Below are positions 37,926 to 49,719 of a stretch of DNA of 64,000 nucleotides, piece by piece. Both the position numbers and the translations under genes were made by a program. Each line of letters opens with the position of its first letter. The first letter of the stretch is position 1. This stretch comes from the human T2T-CHM13v2.0 reference genome, Homo sapiens. The stretch lies in NCBI RefSeq assembly GCF_009914755.1, contig NC_060933.1; one strand, given 5' to 3'. The notes under the pieces were generated by a model, which saw only the letters and a program-made list of their open reading frames with translations, was not told the DNA's origin and did no database searches.

Positions 37926-40754
37926 TCACCCAGTGGTTTCATTGAACCAGGGGAAAAATTGAGGACCAGAAAGATTATGTGACTTACCGAAAGCTACAAA
38001 GCTCAGTAGGATCAGGGGCCAGGACTGGAACTGGGGTTTCCTGAGTCCCAGACATCTGCTCTTTATACCACACTGTACCATATTTCTCTTCTTTTCCTTT
38101 ATTCTTCATATAAAATATATGATATTTTTGATAATACAAAGCAATGTATTTTCCATTCCTCTCAATTCATAACACACTGTCATTCCCTAGCTATTGAATC
38201 CATGTGTTTCATGCAGTGCTTCACAGAGAGGACATTACTAGCTAAAATAATGAAGTTACAGCTCAACTTAAATGTTCAAGTTAGATTTTTTTTTTAAGTA
38301 AAACAATAGTCTTCAGAGTTTGTTTAGAAAGAAAAGGGATTGCTAAATTCTAAAAGCTACCATTAGACATCAAGAGCCCAACCAGGACAATTTAGCATTA
38401 AATTTTATTCCATGTCATGGGTAAACAAACAAACAAATTCTCAGGATATGACATAACTCAAGCTTCCACCAGATGGGAAGAGGAAGAGAGACATATTTTG
38501 CTAGAGATGAAAATTTGGAAGAGATAAGACACAGGTGGAGATGAGGTCTGGGTTCTTGGAAAGAGACTCAGAACCCCACCAGCCCCAAGTGATTCAACCC
38601 AAAGAAGGATCAGGGAGAGGGCATAACACAGTAAAATCTCCATTACAACCCCTAGATATGGAAACAAAATAAGAAGGCACCCAGCTGCTGTTTGACTTCT
38701 TCACTGAATGCACTAAGACACAAGAAGGCAGGAACCCAGCACAGGTAAAGTGAAATCAACTGACCCCCATAGCCTATGTGTGCTCTGAGGGGGCCTCGAA
38801 TGTCCTCCCTTTGTCCCCCAGGATAAGGCCCAGTGGTTCAACAAAGACCTGAGTTCACAAGGGGCCTCCCAGGTGAATACTTTCTATTGAAAGTATTTCT
38901 ATCCAAGATCAGTGACTGATGCCAGCCCAGGCCCCAAGGCCCTGCAGGACCAGGCATATCACCAAGGATTGAGCAAGGACAGAGGCCAAGTACCAGAAAC
39001 AAGTGGGGCAGACTCCCGACCCAGCAAAACCAGAGTCCACCTTGTGGCTCCAAGACCCCCTCCCTCTACTGGCACAAGGATAATCCTGCTTTTCCTTTCA
39101 CCCCACCACTTTCATTTTGCTAAATTTCAATGTCTTCTTTTCTCCCAGTTAGAGGCTGGAGACTAGTGTGATATAAGAGTTAAAGAGTAATTAAGGAAAC
39201 ACTTTTTGGATTATTTTTAAAACCTTTGTGCCTTGGTTTATAAATTATTCAACCCAGGATATTTGTTTTGAAAACTTCTGATGGGAGAGAGGTGGTGTCA
39301 GAGATTAAAATCTAGATTTCTGGGTTCTCTGCTTTTTAAAGTCCAAATTCTCTCAGCCTCTCGATGTCTTGGTTTGTGCTGCCTTTACTTACTCCAAGAA
39401 AGCCAAAAGTTGGAAGAGACCTGAGAGCCATAATCAACATCCCCACCACGTCCCAAACACACATGCCTCATTTAGAAATCCAAACCCCGAGATCCACACC
39501 TGGAAATGTCCTGCCCAGGGCGACAAGGCTCAGAAGTGGCTGCTCTTGGATGTCTCCTGGTTTCCTGCTTTCAAGCCCAGCACCCCACCTGCCAGAGCAC
39601 AACGCACTGCCTATACACATCCCTGGCTTTCTCACATTAACAATACTTTATTTTTATTTATCTCTTTTATGTGGGTCAGGATTTGTTTCTCTGACTAGGT
39701 GATTGCTAAGGACCCCTCCAACTGGAAAATTCTATGACTCATCCTTTGTCTTCCTGCATGTCCTTGAATCACTCCATTTAAAGTGAGCAAACACTTTGCT
39801 TGGTTTGCTTAAGCATTTGACTTCCAGGGACAGAATTAAACCTAAAGGTGTGGTGAGTGTCAATTTGATTAAATTGTTGTCAAAGCCCTGCCTGCTGGCC
39901 TTTCTGACAGAGACCATGAGTGATGTCCCTGTCCAGTGAACTGCTACACCACACCATCCCCATGGGCTGCATTGGGATTCTTGGCTAGGATACTCTGTCC
40001 CTATAAAAGCTTGCCTCATATCTAAGCCAATCTCCAGCATTCCAAGAAAAATCTAACTTCAGGATTTCAGCTCCATTAATTTAGACTTTACGAAAATTCA
40101 ACGAGGTCTTTAAAAGTTTTGGTAAGCAGGACAGGAAAGAAGGCTAGTTAACTACCTTAACTGAGCCAACTATGCTGGGGCATTGGAACCATAGCAGTAG
40201 TGTGACATGAAGGTGAAGGCTTAAGGCTGGATTCAGACCTCCATTCATGTAGAGTTACTTGGCTAATTGCAAAATAATTCTCATATATTTGCTTTTAAAG
40301 GATCTCAGAAGAGCTATACTATATACAATTGTATTAGCTGAGTTTGAGTTGTGATGTGAATTTGTGAATTGATGAAAACTATTGTAATCAATAAATTATA
40401 ATTGAGACTTTGGTAATACACAACAGTCTCTTCCTAATTTTTCTAAATGAACAAATCTGCTGAGCTTGCTGTGTACAAGCACTGTGGAGTGCTTTGAACA
40501 GTCCCAGGAAAGAACTCAGAATATCTGAGTTCTCATCATCATGCTCCCTAACTTGCTCAATGAATCAGTATATGCAATTAACCTCACCATCCTCTCTCAT
40601 CCAGAAAATAAAGATACTCCTAGATATTACAGTGACTTCATAAGGCTTTTGGGTGATAGAATAAACTCATTCAATGAACCAGCCAATGAACACTTCATAC
40701 ACTGAATATCTACAATGTACAAGACCTCTGAGAAGATACAGAAAGGTATCATGA

Positions 40755-41215
40755 ATTCATTTGTTCAATAAATATTAGTAGTATACCTCCTATATCCCAT
40801 GCAAGGAGCTAAGCATTCAAGACACAGTGAAGAGAACATGTCAGATTTGGTTCTTGTGTTCATTGAGTTTATATTCTAGTGAAGGAACTTGATAATCAAC
40901 AAGAAAACAAATAAGTACAGAAGATAATGGCACATTGTAAGATCCTGGGAGGGAAACAGCACTGTGACAGAGAACAACAAAGTTGAGGAAGATATATATG
41001 ATTTAGTGTGAGTCATCTGGGGAAGCCTCTAGTAGAAAGTGACCTTTAACTGAAATGTGAAAGATGCAAAGAAGCCAGCCATGAGAAGAATGGGAAATGC
41101 TTGGGGAAAATTGTCTCCATCGAAAGGAATGGTAAGTGCCAAAACCCCAAGGCAAACTATAACAACACATTCCAGGAACTGTCAAAAGGGCAATGTGATT
41201 GGATCTTAGAGGGCA
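40755..41215 (-). mobile_element. L2 3' region
   Basis: ATTCATTTGTTCAATAAATATT...GAGTTTATATTCTAGTG...GGGAAGCCTCT...GTGCCAAAACCC. Confidence 0.78.
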
Positions 41216-41435
41216 AGATGGAGTATGATTTATGCACAAATCTCATTCTCAAGATGTTTGCCATCCAGTAGACAAGATGAGATTATATAAGCCAAGATAA
41301 TTTGGGTAAAATTATCAAAAAGGGCTAAATTCTGTGAAGGAAGAACAGATTAAGGGCTGCATATCCAGGCATGCAGCAGAACCCAGTTGAAGCCAATGGG
41401 AGAAATGGGGCTAAGTTGAGTCTAAGAGGATTACT

Positions 41436-41898
41436 CTGTCAGTTAGTTCTTGCACATAACAAACCACCCCATAACTTAGTAATTCAAAGCAACAATTATT
41501 TATTTATCACACAATTCTGGGTTGTCAGTTTAGGCTAGAATCAGGTGGACAATTCCTTTGGTCTTGGCTTGGCTGTCAGCCAAGGTGCCTCTACTCTCCA
41601 TATGTGCCAGCCTCCATATGTCTCTCACATTCCTCAGTCAGGTGCTTGGGGGGGTCAAGGCCATAGTATAAGCACAAGAAAACCAATTATGAAAAAGATT
41701 AAGTGGGAGTAGGCAAGGATTCCTGAGGACTAAGATCAGAATCAGCACACTGTCACTTCTACTGCATTATATTGGCTAAATCAAATCACAAAATCATCCC
41801 AGAGTCAAAGACAGTGGAAACTATGAAGTTATAAAGATAAAGAATGCAGATTCAAATAGGCCACTAATTGGTGTCATTAGTGTAATTAGTGCACCAAA
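41436..41898 (-). mobile_element. MaLR LTR, MLT1G/H-like
   Basis: ATAACAAACCACCCCATAACTTAGT...CACACTGTCACTTCTACTGCATTATATTGGCTAAA. Confidence 0.75.
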
Positions 41899-42389
41899 CT
41901 TGCTTAATTAGAACAGCCTAAAGAATTGTAAGTGGATGCAGAACTCGGATGGTGGTTGACAGGAGGCAAGACTGCAGTAAGGGAGACAAAAACTATATTA
42001 AATTTGAAGACCGCAATGAAGAGAGAAATGGTAGAGTCAGCAATGGAAGTAGAAGCAAGGAGAAAAAAAAAGTGCATGTGACTTGAGGAATGGGTTAAGC
42101 AAGAGGCAGAACTAAATTTGTGCATATCCAAAGAGAAAACGTTGTTGATCCCCTTATTAAAAAGTGCCTGTTAGTTTCACATTTTATCTCTGGGTCTCTT
42201 TTGCAACCCCACTCTTGGTACTATTTCCATATTGTGGAAAAACTGTGGTCTGGAAAAAAAAGTCAACAAGGAGCTGTGTTTTTTTAGTTAGGTCTTGAAC
42301 TATAGGTAAGATTTTATGTATAAAAATCCACTTTGGGCATTTATGGTATTATGGTTAACAATTATATTTATTTTTAGACACTGAGTTAA

Positions 42390-42704
<315 letters not shown>

Positions 42705-42759
42705 TGAAATCTTTTAGATCAAAGGAATCGAACTTGTGGATGTCCCAATTTCTTTAGCT

Positions 42760-43199
42760 CAATGATTTTCAACTTGCTTTAATAGAACTCTTTTTATAAA
42801 AATGCAATTTTACATAGAAAATGTAATGTTTTAATATGGAAAACAGATGAAAGCACATCTTCATAATATGCATTTATTTACTAAGTTCCTTTTTACAACA
42901 CTTATTTAAACACCTCTCACTAAAACGATGTTTTATTCAATAAAACAATAATGCAAGGATTTTGGATAAGACTTATGGTCTTAAAATAGCTTGAGAAGCT
43001 AATATGCTTTAGTATTTTGAGTCACACATATTGAGAAAAATATTTCTCACAGGTAAGTAGTAGTACTCAATTACAGAGTTTTGCATGAGTGAAAAATAAC
43101 TTCTTTGGGTTACAATAAAATCCCACTCCAGGGTTACAGGCTTCTAAATAATGACACACTTACATTTCTAAGATAGATAGGTAGATGACAGAGATAGAA

Positions 43200-43230
<31 letters not shown>

Positions 43231-43238
43231 GATGGATG

Positions 43239-43280
<42 letters not shown>

Positions 43281-43636
43281 GAGACAGACAGCAGAAATGG
43301 ATGGATGGATGGATGGATGGATGGATGGATGGATGGATGGATGGATAGATGGATGGATGGATGGATGGACATACAGACTATGCAAGTTTAATTTCATTTA
43401 TTCCAAAGTCTACATGCGTATTCCAAAGTCTACACACACATACACACACAAAATAAGTTTGCTCTTTGGTAGTCATTGTGATATGTAAATTGGTCATATA
43501 ATGGAATGTGTACTTTTTTAAAATTATAATTTGTAAGGTGAATTTTTCCTTTAAGTTAACTTATTTACTTTTTAGTCACAATGCACTTCTGCAGAAGCAC
43601 TCACCATTCCCTGGAACAAAGCTTTGAAAAAATGAC
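42760..43636 (+). mobile_element. MER117-like MITE split by an AT-rich insert and a microsatellite
   Basis: 5' part CAATGATTTTCAACTT...AAAACAGATGAAAGC (to about 42858); 3' part CTTCTGCAGAA...TGGAACAAAGCTTTGAAAA (about 43583-43636). Confidence 0.5.
43171..43369. repeat. Compound (AGAT)n / (GGAT)n tetranucleotide microsatellite
   Basis: Directly visible. Confidence 0.97.
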
Positions 43637-43774
43637 TCTAAAAGGACAGAGAAGATGGAAATATGCTATGGTCCTGGGGAAAAAATGTAAAAGAAAAAAA
43701 TGGAATTTATGGCCATATTTGCATCCAAATGCCACTTCTTGTGTTACTTACTAGCATGTAAACTTTGTTGTCTT

Positions 43775-44077
43775 CTTTTTTTTTTCTTTTTTTTTTGAGA
43801 CAGAGTCTCACACTGTCGCCCAGGCTGAAGTGCAGTGGTGCAATCTTGGCTCACTGCAGCCTCCGTCTCCCAGGTTCAAGCAATTCTTTTGCCTTAGCCT
43901 CCTGAGTAGCTGGGATTACAGGTGCGTGCCACCACACCCAGTTAATTTTCGTATTTTTAATAGAGACACGGTCTCACCATGTTGGCTAGGCTGGTCTCAA
44001 ACTTCTGACCTCAAATGATCTGCCTGCATCGGCCTCCCAAAGTGCTGGGATTACAGGCATGAGCCGCCACACCAGGC
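43775..44077 (-). mobile_element. AluS (Sz/Sx-like) inserted in a plus-strand MIR (about 43720-44240)
   Basis: Full dimeric Alu. MIR pieces CAAATGCCACTT...TACTAGC on the left and TGAGCCT...GCACATAATAAATCCTTAATAAATG on the right. Confidence 0.93.
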
Positions 44078-45029
44078 TCGGTTATGTTTTTTAATCTATT
44101 TGAGCCTTTATTCTCCTCTCTTTAATATTAGGATTATAACTCTTATTTCTTCAAGTATTCTGAGAATTGAAACAAGATGATGTCCATATAGTTCTGAGTA
44201 CTTTGTATAGCACATAATAAATCCTTAATAAATGTTACTTCTTTTATCTCAACCCTGTTCAATCTCTTCCTATATCAGGAGTGAAAGAGAGATCAGATCT
44301 TTCATTTGCTCAACTGTTTCGATAGATGCCCCCATGTTCTAATAGCATCAGCCTGTCAGGTTGCATCTACGATGTTTGTAATTCAGGTAGCAAATTGATT
44401 TTTGAAAGCACTCTGGGCCTGCTCTGTCCATGTCAGAGAAGCTCCAATCATTAATTATGCACCAATATTGATGTTTTTGTCTGACAAGGTCTAATGTCAC
44501 CATATTCAAATCTGGCTGCTTCCTTGTTAGAAAACCCTTCGAAATGTGGCCTTGGAAGAGACAGCATGTGTCACCTACAATATTTGAAATGTCCCAGGAT
44601 TGAAGCCCTCAATTAGAATTAAAGACAATGTGCATCCTTGTCCTGGGTCCCGAAGAGAATGAGCTGGTGCTATTCATGAAAGCAGCTTAAGGTACGGCTA
44701 CATCAGGCATTGCTCAAAAGAAGGCAATCAAATCTTCTGGTAAACTGCATACAGCATTGATATGAACAATTTGAATATATTTGGATTTGCTGCTGTATAC
44801 AAAAGTCAGGTATTGTGGTTTGTGTTTGGAAGCTTATCCATTTACTAATTAGTAAGTTCAATCATAAATATCCAGCAAGGTCTGCCTGATTTCACAGAAT
44901 CATTAGGAGAATTGGGATCAACTTATTTTTAAAGGAGACTTATAAACATGCAAATGCAAGTGCCTCTGACTTGAACTGAATAAATAAATCACAGGCACTC
45001 TCATTCAAAGGTTCTTATTGGATCCATTT

Positions 45030-45150
45030 AATTCATTCACCAAATAATCACTGTGCTCTGACTACATGCCAGGCACTATTCTAGGCACTTGGGAGCACAT
45101 CAGAGCACAAATAGGCAAGGTCTGCTCTTGTGGAGCATTTATTCTAATGA
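45030..45150 (-). mobile_element. L2 3' end
   Basis: ATTCATTCACCAAATA...ATGCCAGGCACTATTCTAGGCACT...TGGAGCATTTATTCTA. Confidence 0.8.
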
Positions 45151-45804
45151 AGCCTCTTTTGGATGTTATGATTTCCAAGATTTTGGCTAAGATGATTTTG
45201 CAAGATAGAACAAGGCAGCTGAATGAGTCTCTTCTATGAGTTTAGGATTTTCATTAATTTAAAGGAGTTTTCTAATTTCATCTCAAGCAACTCCTAAGAC
45301 ATAAATTCAAGAGTTCTGAATATAATTAATGTTTCTCTCAGATTGAGCGGTACTATGAATGTTTTCATGATGTCAGAGAAATTGTAGGAGGATTCTTACA
45401 GGGGAATATTACTCTACTTACTCCGCATTCTGCATTTTCTAAAGAGGAATTGGGTAAGAGATGATTGCTAGTACTTATTTGTCCACTAAACTAAAAAGAA
45501 AAGGACACTCACTTCTGATAAAGAATAGTTAACATAACTTATATTATAGGTGTGTGAAAAATGGGGGGGATTTTTGCATACCCTAAAATATTTTCATTTC
45601 TTTCTTTCTTTCTTTTTAATTTTTTCCTTTCAAAAATATTTGAGTATAGGCCTTTTCCTAGGTATTGCATGAAATTCAGAGAATACAGATAAAATATAAC
45701 ATGGTCCTAGCAATCAAAACATTCACTGTCTCATTTTTAAAATTTAAAAAGGTGAGTAAATTAAATCAATTTAGTGTAGGGCTTAGACTTAATTTATTTT
45801 GGAA

Positions 45805-46320
45805 CTCACAGTGTAATGAAATGAATAGTAAACCAGACAGCCAAAAATCTATTTTTGCGTCTTTTCACCGTCACATGGAGAGGCCACTAAACTCCTTTGT
45901 GTTTCAGTTTCCTTATCTGAAGAAAGGGATTTCACAGAATTGGTTGTGAGGATCATTTTAAATTGTTAACGTAAAATGTGATGAAAGTAGTAAAGGCTCA
46001 AATAAAAGTGATGGATCATGATGGTTATAATTCATGCTAATTCCTGTAAGCCTTCCACTCTGCGATGGTCATGAGTAATGGTGATAGCAATAACAGCTAA
46101 CCTTTACTGCATACTTATGTATACCAAGCACTAGCAAAAGGAATTTAAAAATACTAACCAGTTTAATATTCAAATTAGTCCTATGAGGTACATATTATTC
46201 TCACCTTCATTTTTAAGATGGGGGTACTGAAGTGCAGAAATTTTGAATGCTTTTTCCAAAACCTCGTAGTAAATGGTGGACAGCAGATCTAAACTGGAAG
46301 TCTACTTCCAAAAGCCCACT
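45805..46320. mobile_element. Two MIRs tail to tail (+ about 45805-46015; - about 46085-46320)
   Basis: TCAGTTTCCTTATCTG...GGTTGTGAGGAT; AATAACAGCTAAC...CCTATGAGGTAC...TTTTAAGATG. Confidence 0.72.
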
Positions 46321-46528
46321 CCAATATTTTGAGTATCTACTATGTACCAAACATTGCATATCAGCTATAAAGATTGATGAACTATAGTTCCTGCCTTAAG
46401 GGGTTGAAAGTCAACTGACAGAAACATACACTCAGTTACATAAGGGCACTGTGCAGGAGGGGAATTGATTGAATTGAAAGTTCTGTGAACAGAAAGGATA
46501 GGTGAAGTCAGTGTGTGGTGGTCTAGAG

Positions 46529-47044
46529 CAGCGGTCCCCAAACTTTTTGCCACCAGGGACCAGTTTTGTGGAAGACAATTTTTCCACGGACCGGTGCAGG
46601 GTGAGGGAATGGTTTCAGGATGATTCAAGCACATTTATTGTGCACTTTACTTCTATTATTATTACACTGTAATATATAATAAAATAATTATACAACTTAC
46701 CATAACGTAAAAGCAGTGGCAGCCTTGAGCTTCTTTTCCTGCAACTAGACAGTCCCATCTGGGGGTTATGGCAGACAGTGACAGATCATTGGGCATTAGA
46801 TTCTCATAAGAACCATGCAACCTAGATCCCTCGTGTATGCAGTTCACAGTAGGGTTTGTGCTCCTATGAGAATCTAAAGCTGCAGCTGATCTGAGAGGAG
46901 GCGGAGCTCAGGCAGTAATGTGAGCAATGGGGAGTTGCTGCAAATACAGATGAAGCCTTGCTGGCTTGCCCACTGCTCACCTCCTGCTGTGCAGCTCAGT
47001 TCCTAACAGGCCATGGAGCAGTATCCAAGGGTTAGGGTCCCCTG
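46529..47044. mobile_element. Full-length MER1A hAT-Charlie MITE
   Basis: Begins CAGCGGTCCCCAAACTTTTTG and ends GGTTAGGGTCCCCTG. Perfect 8-bp TSD GTCTAGAG at 46521-46528 and 47045-47052. Confidence 0.93.
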
Positions 47045-47944
47045 GTCTAGAGCATCATGCTAAGAGATGTGACCTTTAGTCTGCAGCCAGTGAAGTTTTT
47101 GATCTGGGGAGTGTATTTTAGGAAAGCCACAGGTAGCTACGAGAAGAGTGAACTGGAGAAAGTCAGAGAAGCTGGAGGTCAGAAACTGTGGCATCGGATT
47201 CAGGGAGAGATAACCAGAGCCCAGTGTAGAGGCTCAACGTGGAGTTGGATGAGAGGGAAGATGAAATCCACACACAAGGACCACCTTGAAAGAGAAAATA
47301 ATATCCAAAAACAAGCCTAAAGAATTCCCCTAGGAATATATGGAGTGTGGAGACAGGGTACACCTCCCTTTCCACATCAGATCCCTTTCTGGCAGCCCCC
47401 ACAGGTAGGAAGAATAGTTATCAGGTAAGTCAGAGTTCAAAGCACTACTTGGGCCACATTTTACTATGGAGGGAGGTTATCAAGCCTCCAAGTCAGACCC
47501 CTTGTCCTCCTCATCATTTGCACCTCCTACCTCACACCTAGGTAAGCTGTCCTTTGGGGTAAGCCAGCTATTCTCTGGTAGCCCCAGCTTCTACACCATC
47601 CAGAGAAATTTATAAGCTGAGGCAAGGTACCTGGCCCTCCCTCTCTCCCCTCAGCACACTGGCACCAATGGTAGGTCAGATTCAGGTTGAGTAGAGCAAT
47701 CAGGAGCTTTAGTTAGGCCTCCAGCCATGTGCTCAAATCTAACTTTTATGAGAAAGCCTGTTCTTCGGAGAGCAGATTCTTATTAATAAAGTTATTAATA
47801 GAGTGATACCTTGAGCTCTAGTCTTATTGCGCCGTGTATATAGCCCCCTTAGTTGGAAACTATGGAGGAAAGGAAGATGAAAAGCATAGTTGTTCTAGGA
47901 ATTTCTGGGTCTCTTGCTGAAATCCCAACACACCAATACCTTGT

Positions 47945-48235
47945 CCTAAGCACCTACAATGTGCCAGGTATTTTACATGCATTATCTCTATCAAACTTCA
48001 CAACAGGTACACAGTAAACCCTTAATAATTGTTACTTCCTTTTTTCCAACCCTGTTCAATATTTTCCTATGTCAGGAGTGAAAAAGAGATCAGACGTATG
48101 ATTTGTTCAAATTCTAGGAGAAGGGATTTTTATTTCCATTTTATCCATGAGGAGAATGAGGCTCTAAGAGATTAAATGGCTTGCTTCATGATTGAAACCC
48201 AGGCCTGTTTGATTCCAAAACTTTTAGTCTCTTTA
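47945..48235 (-). mobile_element. MIR interrupted by a 105-bp non-MIR insert (48006-48110)
   Basis: AAGCACCTACAATGTGCCAGG...TCACAACA, then the insert, then ...CCATTTTATCCATGAGGAGAATGAGGCTC. Confidence 0.8.
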
Positions 48236-48409
48236 ACATATTCAAGGAGACTATCCATGCCCTCTTCTTCCTTTTATTCTTCCATCCATCCGACTCTTTC
48301 CTATTTTCTTTTTTTCCTCCCTTGCCTTTTTCTGAAAAGTACTTAAGGCACAAACTACTACTTTGCCTGCATTTACAGTGGTGGGACACGTCTGGCTGGT
48401 TATATAACA

Positions 48410-48612
48410 TAATGGCAGCAAACATTTACTGAGTACTTACTATAGGTAAGGCTCAGTGTTAATAAGTGCACATATTATTTCCTTATACTCTTTCAATAAC
48501 TTAATAAGGTAGGTTCCAAAGCAATCTTATTTTGTAAGTAAAAACCAGAGGTCAAAAATGGTAAATAACCTACCTAAAGCCACACAGGAAAAACTAGGAT
48601 TTGAACTCAGTG
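48410..48612 (-). mobile_element. MIR
   Basis: AACATTTACTGAGTACTTACTAT...AAAGCCACACAG...GGATTTGAACTCAG. Confidence 0.78.
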
Positions 48613-48708
48613 CCTACCTCATGGATTTATTATAAAGACAAAAAGCATGCAAAAGTGCACAGAATGACACACACAATCAATTAGTGTCCATCAGGACTGT
48701 TGAGGCTG

Positions 48709-48769
48709 TTCTCCTCCTTCTCCTCATCCTCCTCCTTCTCCTCCTCCTTCTCTTCCTCCTTTTCCTCTT
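48709..48769. repeat. Imperfect (CCT)n pyrimidine tract
   Basis: Directly visible. Confidence 0.85.
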
Positions 48770-49440
48770 GTTCAGATGACTGCCTTTGAGAGCTGTGGAA
48801 TGGTCATGCAATCTAATCTAATAGTTCCATCCCCATCATCAACACATCTGCCAAAAGTATCCTGTAGCATCAGAGGGTGTGAGTACGGTTGGAGGTTGTC
48901 TCCAGTTTCTAAGCAATTGCTTCTATCTCTGCTGTTGCTTTGGATATCAGTAATCAGTGTTGCTAAGGCCTGCAGTTGACCCCAGATTCTACAGAAATCC
49001 CATCCATGGGCATGAAATGGATCCAAGGATGGAAGCAGCTTCTGTGAGAGGAAGGCCATATGTTCAACTGGACTCAAGGGAACTAGACAGCATTCACATC
49101 TCCTCGGTATTTCCATCTTACTGCTGTAGGGGCTCCCAAAGTAAGAAGTAAAGACACTAACAGAAAAAGCCATGTGTATACTCAGCAAGAGAGAAATGCA
49201 TAGCAGAGCTAAGCAGAGAGAATCCCAAACCCCTTAGAAACCACCCAACCCCATCCATTTTACAGTGAGTGACTTTCCCAAGGTCGCACAAGGAGTGGAA
49301 TGCTTTCTCCATGGAGGACCACTGTGATACACAACTCCTGGGGGCATTTACAAAGAATACAAAGTAAATGATGCCCCTAGAGTGATGCACCAAGCAACCC
49401 TACCTCTGTCACTTCCTTCCATCAAAGTACGTATATACCG

Positions 49441-49442
<2 letters not shown>

Positions 49443-49471
<29 letters not shown>
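49443..49471 (+). repeat. A29 homopolymer
   Basis: Directly visible; no attached SINE body. Confidence 0.95.
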
Positions 49472-49473
<2 letters not shown>

Positions 49474-49719
49474 AAATATTATAACTTCACTTCCTGGTAA
49501 GAACAGTTTCCTCTGCCTTGACAGTATGCTCAGCAAAAGGGAAGAAGGGGCAAGACCTCTTTCCTGCAACACTCACAGCCTCATCATCAAGTCTGCCTTG
49601 AAGACCTTCAGGAGGAATCCTGTCACGTGCTACATCTCTGTTTCTATCAATCACTAAAAAGCCCAAAACTTTGAAGTCATCTCTCATAACCAGACTCTCA
49701 TCCCTACATTGCTCTGGAT

